From IMG/VR virus record IMGVR_UViG_3300020037_004263: 20,000 nucleotides of DNA; one strand, given 5' to 3'. This DNA comes from an uncultured virus (IMG/VR IMGVR_UViG_3300020037_004263) (lineage: Duplodnaviria > Heunggongvirae > Uroviricota > Caudoviricetes). The translations under genes were made by a program, and so were the position numbers. The notes beneath the pieces were generated by a model. That model was not told the origin of the DNA, searched no databases, and saw only the letters and a program-made list of their open reading frames with translations. Positions 15,698 through 20,000 of the stretch are shown piece by piece (positions within the stretch are counted from its first letter, which is position 1; each line of letters begins with the position of its first letter).

Positions 15698-16514
15698 TAT
15701 CGCCTCCAAGATGATCGCCGCGTTCGAGGGCGTTGGCGATTGCTTCCGGCCAACTGCCATATTCGAACCATTCGGCCAGTCCTCGCAGCCACGCCACGAC
15801 CACCTCCCGCTCCTTCGCCGCATCGGTGCCGAGGGCGGACAGGGCGGCGCGCCCCTTATCGAGCAGGACAACCACGAAGTTGTTATCGCCGGCCTGCATC
15901 TGATCGAGATATCCAGCATCAAAGCAACGGTTAATAGTGTCTTCGATGCCGTGGCCATCATCACAGAAAAGCGCGACCCGTTCGTCCTCGGCAGACATTC
16001 GGCCGTTCTCTGACGCGACGAGCTTGATCAGCTCTGCCATCTTCGCAGCCTGCGGACCAAACATCTCCATTGCGATGCGATGCTCGACAGTCTCCACCCC
16101 CGGCGCGGGGGAAGGCTTGAGCGCCTCGGCTGCGATAAGCGCCGCGTCCCAGCCACAATCGAATATGTACTCCGGGCTGCAATCTCCGCCGTCGAAATCA
16201 TGTTCACGGTTGGCTGTGCCAAAAGCTGCGTGACGCGCTGCCTCGAATGATTGAGGCGCGGGGGAAGGGGAAAGGCGCGCAGCAATACGAAGAGCCATAA
16301 ACACCGGGTCAGGGCAATGGCGCTCGCTGGGGATGGCGCAGTAGCGATATTCGCCGTCTCCGCCAGTCAGAAGGTCGATAAACTGGACAGCCTCGGAGAA
16401 ACCATCGCGCTCGGCAATGGCGATCATAGCTTCGTGTTCGCTTAGGTCGGCAAAGTTTGCTGTGCTGTCGAGAACGCTCCAACGATCCCGCAGCCTCTCG
16501 GCGAGTGTGGTCAT
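15690..16514 (-). CDS. mosaic hypothetical protein with PSPAP-delimited segments
   Basis: GGAGG RBS and ATGA coupling at 16511-16514; two PSPAP linkers. Confidence 0.7.
   Translation of the reverse strand: MTTLAERLRDRWSVLDSTANFADLSEHEAMIAIAERDGFSEAVQFIDLLTGGDGEYRYCAIPSERHCPDPVFMALRIAARLSPSPAPQSFEAARHAAFGTANREHDFDGGDCSPEYIFDCGWDAALIAAEALKPSPAPGVETVEHRIAMEMFGPQAAKMAELIKLVASENGRMSAEDERVALFCDDGHGIEDTINRCFDAGYLDQMQAGDNNFVVVLLDKGRAALSALGTDAAKEREVVVAWLRGLAEWFEYGSWPEAIANALERGDHLGGDNG
16102..16268. repeat. 14-bp direct repeat GGCGCGGGGGAAGG
   Basis: Exact copies at 16102-16115 and 16255-16268, 153 bp apart (in frame). Confidence 0.8.
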
Positions 16515-16705
16515 TGGCCCGCCTCCCATAAAATGGCGTCCGCTCTGCCTGTGAAGACAAGCCATGCCGCGCGTATGCGGTTCCAAAAGCCTGGATAGCC
16601 GCTAGGTCGCGCCGGCACCCACGCCACCCCCGGCGGCACCTTCTGCTGCATTGCGTTTGCTTGCTCGACCAAGTTTCGGACTCTTAGAATGTTAGGCTGT
16701 TTCAT
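16511..16705 (-). CDS. hypothetical phage protein, 64 aa
   Basis: WVPARP...RIRAAWLVFTGRADAILW; AAGGAG RBS. Confidence 0.7.
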   Translation of the reverse strand: MKQPNILRVRNLVEQANAMQQKVPPGVAWVPARPSGYPGFWNRIRAAWLVFTGRADAILWEAGQ

Positions 16706-16892
16706 CGCTGGGCTCCTTGGCGCGGAGGATGGCGGTCAAACGCTCGTTGATTGCCGCGACGAGATATTGTGACGTGAGAACGTCGCTGGCTCCCAGGCGC
16801 GGCCATTGCATAATGACCTGCGCGACATGCTCCCACTCGGCAAAGGTGAGACCGCCGAAGACTTCCGCCCGCTGCTGGTCCTCAGTCTGCAT
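16692..16892 (-). CDS. hypothetical protein, 66 aa
   Basis: AGGAGG RBS; overlaps both neighbours in operon fashion. Confidence 0.6.
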   Translation of the reverse strand: MQTEDQQRAEVFGGLTFAEWEHVAQVIMQWPRLGASDVLTSQYLVAAINERLTAILRAKEPSDETA

Positions 16893-17301
16893 CACCAGCC
16901 TCCTTCGCCTTCAAGATCGCGGCGAGAAGGGCTAAGGCAAGTGTGGAGTACAGGGGCTCTAGATCGGGCAGTCTGGCCTCCCCCGGCCAAAGAACTCTTG
17001 CAGCTCCGCGTCCGTCTTCCATTTCAATGAACTCGATACGAGAGCCGTCAGGTTTGAGCATCATCGCCGCCGACTCCCACGCCGAGGCGTCGAGCATGGC
17101 GAGGAAATTATTCCGTGTGTTGCGCCACGCAACGATGGCGGTCGACAGGGCTTTCAATTCTTCGTCTGTCGCATCGGGCTCCTGCACTCTCATCATGAGC
17201 GAGTGTGGCCTCGGAAAGATCAGCTCGAACGCCTCTTCCAGCAACGCCCGCTGGTCCTCTGCCCCGGCTTCCTCGACGCGGTGGGGGAGGTTGTTAGGCA
17301 T
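16882..17301 (-). CDS. hypothetical protein, 139 aa
   Basis: ATG 17301 overlapping upstream small ORF; AWESAAMML...TLALALLAAILKA. Confidence 0.7.
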   Translation of the reverse strand: MPNNLPHRVEEAGAEDQRALLEEAFELIFPRPHSLMMRVQEPDATDEELKALSTAIVAWRNTRNNFLAMLDASAWESAAMMLKPDGSRIEFIEMEDGRGAARVLWPGEARLPDLEPLYSTLALALLAAILKAKEAGDAD

Positions 17302-17425
17302 TGACCACCACGTCGTCAGCGTTAAGCGGCTGCGTCCATTTCCAGCCTTCGGTGCTGGTCCAGATGCGATCCCAGCCATTGCACTCGCCGTTCATCGGGC
17401 AGAGTGGGCCGGTCACCATAGCCAT
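17294..17425 (-). CDS. 43-aa Trp/Cys-containing peptide (not in ORF track)
   Basis: GGAGGAG RBS; MAMVTGPLCPMNGECNGWDRIWTSTEGWKWTQPLNADDVVVNA; fills the gap exactly. Confidence 0.55.
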   Translation of the reverse strand: MAMVTGPLCPMNGECNGWDRIWTSTEGWKWTQPLNADDVVVNA

Positions 17426-17426
17426 C

Positions 17427-17570
17427 TCACTGCTCCTCCGCGTTGATGTGGTGGATCAGCGGCGGGGTCATGCAGAGACCGGATGCAGCGATCATCACCA
17501 GAGCCGCAATGAAAGCCGTGAGCCCAAACAGGGCAAAGAACGCCGTCAGCACATTGAGCCACACCCTCAT
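17427..17570 (-). CDS. 47-aa single-helix membrane protein (not in ORF track)
   Basis: AGGAGG RBS, ATGA overlap; MRVWLNVLTAFFALFGLTAFIAALVMIAASGLCMTPPLIHHINAEEQ. Confidence 0.65.
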   Translation of the reverse strand: MRVWLNVLTAFFALFGLTAFIAALVMIAASGLCMTPPLIHHINAEEQ

Positions 17571-18472
17571 GTCGCGCACCCTCCTGTGCATTCGTCATCG
17601 GGCAGCAGGGTTACCGGCACCGACAAATCGACCTCGCGCAACGGGATGCGATCGGCGTGTAGATAGGGCATACTCTTGAAGCCCCGTGGCGGTGTGTCGT
17701 TACTGCGAATGAAGTCGTCCACTTGGCAGGCGTGCTCAAAGTCGGACGGCGAAAGCGATCGCCAGCTCTCATTCGATCGAAATGGGCAGACGCGGCAACG
17801 CGATCTCGGCGGCTTGCGGTACTGCCGTTCTTCAAGCCAGCGCACGCAACCGTTGAACGACATATCGGCGTTGAGCAGCGGATAGGTGATTGTCTGCCAA
17901 TAGGTGGCCGGGAAGCCGCCCGCGCGCAGATATTCGTCGGTGCTGATGCCTATGCAGACTTCGACTTGCGTACCTGGCTTTACACGGCAGCCCTTGGCGA
18001 TGCCGAGAATGCGCCGGATTTCCTGCGTCACCGGATCAATCTTGAGCGTCTTCGTGCAGGTCCGCCACATGCGCCCGCCGTCCGCAAGGAAGTATGGCAG
18101 CGTCACTAAAAGCTTGCCATCGGGCGGCCCCTTGGAACGCTTGATATGTTCCAGAATGCTCCCAGTTTTGCTCATAGTGCGAATAACGGGAACGCCGGTC
18201 TGCTCGATAGCGTATTCGAGGTAGTCCCAAACTTCCTCTGGTTCGTCCCCGGTGTCGCTGATAATCACGGCGTCGAACGGCGCGATCTCGCCGCGAGCAG
18301 CCTTGAACAGCAGGGTCGAAGTTTGGATTCCCCCACCGTGAGATAACACACGCAAAGTCGGGCTCTCTGGCGACGGGAATGTGGCAGCCCACATCTCGCC
18401 GGGGGATCGGCCCGCCGCTCGGTGCTGGCTCGTTTCCATCCAGTGCGCGGGAATGGCAGCAACGGCACTCAC
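17567..18472 (-). CDS. PAPS-reductase-like (adenine nucleotide alpha hydrolase) protein with Fe-S-type cysteines
   Basis: VLSHGGGIQT PP-loop variant, SDTGDE, RTCTKTLKIDP, IGISTDE..R, YPLL, PPRSRCRVCPF, ECTGGC; GTG 18472 in a GTGA overlap. Confidence 0.8.
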   Translation of the reverse strand: MSAVAAIPAHWMETSQHRAAGRSPGEMWAATFPSPESPTLRVLSHGGGIQTSTLLFKAARGEIAPFDAVIISDTGDEPEEVWDYLEYAIEQTGVPVIRTMSKTGSILEHIKRSKGPPDGKLLVTLPYFLADGGRMWRTCTKTLKIDPVTQEIRRILGIAKGCRVKPGTQVEVCIGISTDEYLRAGGFPATYWQTITYPLLNADMSFNGCVRWLEERQYRKPPRSRCRVCPFRSNESWRSLSPSDFEHACQVDDFIRSNDTPPRGFKSMPYLHADRIPLREVDLSVPVTLLPDDECTGGCAT

Positions 18473-18570
18473 CGCCCGGCCCCAACTCTGGTGCGCCCGC
18501 CCGAAAAGCTGATCAGCGCAGGCCCGGTGATCAGGAAGGGGTCTTCCATCAATGAGCGATCGGGGGTCAT
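18469..18570 (-). pseudogene. 33-aa N-terminal stub of a second PAPS-reductase-like gene
   Basis: MTPDRSLMEDPFLITGPALISFSGGRT then RVGAGR-stop; coupled to neighbours at both ends. Confidence 0.7.
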
Positions 18571-18737
18571 CAGTACGGGCTCCCATCTTCGTAATAGCCG
18601 CTGATGCCGAGGTCGATCTCGTCATCGCTAAGTTCGTCGTCAAGCTCTTCCCAGGGGCAGAACCCGCCGGTTACTTCCTCAAGCTCGCAGGAGCGCGGGC
18701 TGTAAGCGCCGCAGAAGGGGCAGAGAGGCGTGTCCAT
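18570..18737 (-). CDS. 55-aa Cys-rich acidic hypothetical protein
   Basis: GGGAGGG RBS; CPFC...C...CPW followed by acidic tail. Confidence 0.6.
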   Translation of the reverse strand: MDTPLCPFCGAYSPRSCELEEVTGGFCPWEELDDELSDDEIDLGISGYYEDGSPY

Positions 18738-18777
18738 CAACGCCCTCCCGCATGAGTGTGGCTGGTGCAGGGCGAAA

Positions 18778-18957
18778 CCCGTTTCCCGCAACACCCCCAT
18801 CCCATTGATTCATATCGAATCCCGTTTCCCGGCAAATTGCCAGAAAAGCCCGGATTTCTGCGGTTTCTGCCTAATTTAGGAATAAGTTGTCCGGCTTCCA
18901 CGGCGTTGATTCCTTTACGTTTTATTAATCCGTTTCCCGAGCCGTTTCCTGTTCCCG
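18778..18957. other. attP-like site with arm-type direct repeats
   Basis: CCGTTTCC(CG) at 18779, 18822, 18930, 18942 plus a degenerate copy near 18948; AT-rich centre; two AATCAA IHF-like half-motifs; directly after the integrase stop. Confidence 0.7.
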
Positions 18958-18978
18958 GTTTGGACGAGGCGGTTGCGT

Positions 18979-19195
18979 TCACTTCGCGTTCCTCCTGCTG
19001 TCCATCTTGAGTATCGCCGCCTCGCCGAGCTTCCGGTTGTTCACCCGCGCGGCGTAGTGCTCGATAACCTGCATCGACTGGCCCGTGATCGAACCGACTT
19101 CGGCGATCGTGCAGCCCGCCAGCAGCAAGGCGTTGACCGCGTTCTTGCGCAGGCCGTGCGGCACGGTCTCAAAGCCGAGCCCGGCCGTGAAGGTG
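18979..19195 (-). pseudogene. int: tyrosine integrase C-terminal remnant
   Basis: VPHGLRKNAV (HxxR), ITGQS, IEHYA (catalytic Tyr); in-frame stop upstream at 19243-19245, so about 70 aa remain. Confidence 0.85.
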
Positions 19196-19242
19196 CTGGC
19201 GCCGGGCCTCTGTTTGAGGGTTCTTTGTTGTATACTGATGAC

Positions 19243-19515
19243 TCACAGATCGCTCCTCTCGGTCTTGACGAACCGGCCGCGGGTGTCGCGGTCGGTGAGC
19301 CGCTTCAGCTCCTGCCGGGTCGCTGCAAGGTTTCCTTGGACCGCCTCCAGACACGCGCCTAGTTCGTCCCGCTGGCTCCTGAGCTCGTCGATCTCGGCAA
19401 GCATGCTCTCGGCACTGGATCCGGCGAACAGGGCGCAGGTGAGGAAGCCGAGGCCGGCGCCGATGAACAGTGAGACGGCGATGGTGATGATGAGGATGAT
19501 TGGTGCATGTTCCAC
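19243..19515 (-). CDS. membrane-anchored coiled-coil protein
   Basis: N-terminal hydrophobic helix, heptad region, C-terminal RDTRGRF; AAGGA RBS favours GTG 19515 over TTG 19524. Confidence 0.7.
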   Translation of the reverse strand: MEHAPIILIITIAVSLFIGAGLGFLTCALFAGSSAESMLAEIDELRSQRDELGACLEAVQGNLAATRQELKRLTDRDTRGRFVKTERSDL

Positions 19516-19530
19516 GTGGATCAATTCCTT

Positions 19531-20000
19531 TTATTGCCGCTGCACCACAGCACTGGTTTCCTTGGCGTCGGTCACCTTGGCGGGGTCGATGTCGCCGGGG
19601 CATTCGACCGCGACGGCCGACGCGGGGAGCCTGCCGGGTGTCGTGACCACGTCGGGCTCTATCAGCGCCGTGCGAGCTTTGCCCGTCAGAGGATCAACCA
19701 AGTTGACGATGGTCGCCGCGCCGCTGTCGGGCATGTAGAGACCGTTCGGCTCGGGTTGTGCTTGCTCGTACACGCCGCGCGCGAACCCGGCACCCGGATC
19801 AACGACCTGCGGGTATGTCGGGGCGGTAAACTGCGTGCCGAGACTCACGCCGTAGCCGACAGCTTGCCCGAGGCAGACAAACCGCCCGTCGAGAGCCTGT
19901 GTGTAGACGTAGACCAGCGTCGTCTGGTCCATATCCTCGTAAGCATTCTTGAGCAGTTTGCGCTGCGAATAGTTGGCGATCCGGGGCATGCCGATTTCTC
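19531..20000 (-). CDS. conserved phage protein, 5'-truncated by window edge
   Basis: Frame open to the window end (EIGMPRIANY...); GYGVSLGTQFTAP, QPEPNGLYMP, IEPDVV. Confidence 0.7.
   Translation of the reverse strand, partial: EIGMPRIANYSQRKLLKNAYEDMDQTTLVYVYTQALDGRFVCLGQAVGYGVSLGTQFTAPTYPQVVDPGAGFARGVYEQAQPEPNGLYMPDSGAATIVNLVDPLTGKARTALIEPDVVTTPGRLPASAVAVECPGDIDPAKVTDAKETSAVVQRQ

Noticed and set aside
18860..18895. XerCD dif-like site in the attP centre
   Set aside because: Only loose resemblance; the TTATG XerD arm is absent, and the adjacent integrase remnant explains the site better
18737..18982. 81-aa minus-strand ORF and its + strand mirror
   Set aside because: Spans the attP-like repeats (GNG repeats are translated GGAAACGG) with atypical codon usage; probably noncoding, though its ends do abut both neighbours
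760..19738. Many long + strand ORFs (e.g. 1053-1835, 8269-8991, 12821-13711, 14120-14794, 19085-19738)
   Set aside because: Antisense shadows of GC-rich minus-strand genes; no motifs or operon coupling

Overview
GC-rich tailed-phage DNA; a GapR/DUF2312 gene points to an alphaproteobacterial host. The window starts with the 3' end of a probable virion/ejection protein on the + strand (<1-661). Everything else is one tightly coupled minus-strand block. In transcription order: early/accessory genes, a tyrosine-integrase C-terminal remnant beside an apparently intact attP-like site, a PAPS-reductase-like gene, Cro-like HTH, a C5 DNA methyltransferase encoded in two overlapping frames, primase-helicase, NADAR, DUF2800 exonuclease, DUF2815 SSB, GapR-like protein, a hairpin-filled intergenic region, a Mom-like candidate, family A DNA polymerase, VRR-NUC, DEDDh exonuclease, amino-methyltransferase, SNF2 helicase and a cupin. 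Most notable: (1) five tandem WPTP modules (possible target-recognition domains) in the +1 frame inside the methyltransferase; (2) a 30-bp RNA stem whose five non-Watson-Crick pairs are all G-U on the mRNA strand; (3) AT-rich recoding concentrated at conserved replication-gene motifs, with an AP2-like scar and a duplicated DUF2800 N-terminus; (4) a second N-terminal stub ahead of the PAPS-reductase-like gene. All family calls come from motif recognition by eye; no database searches were run.
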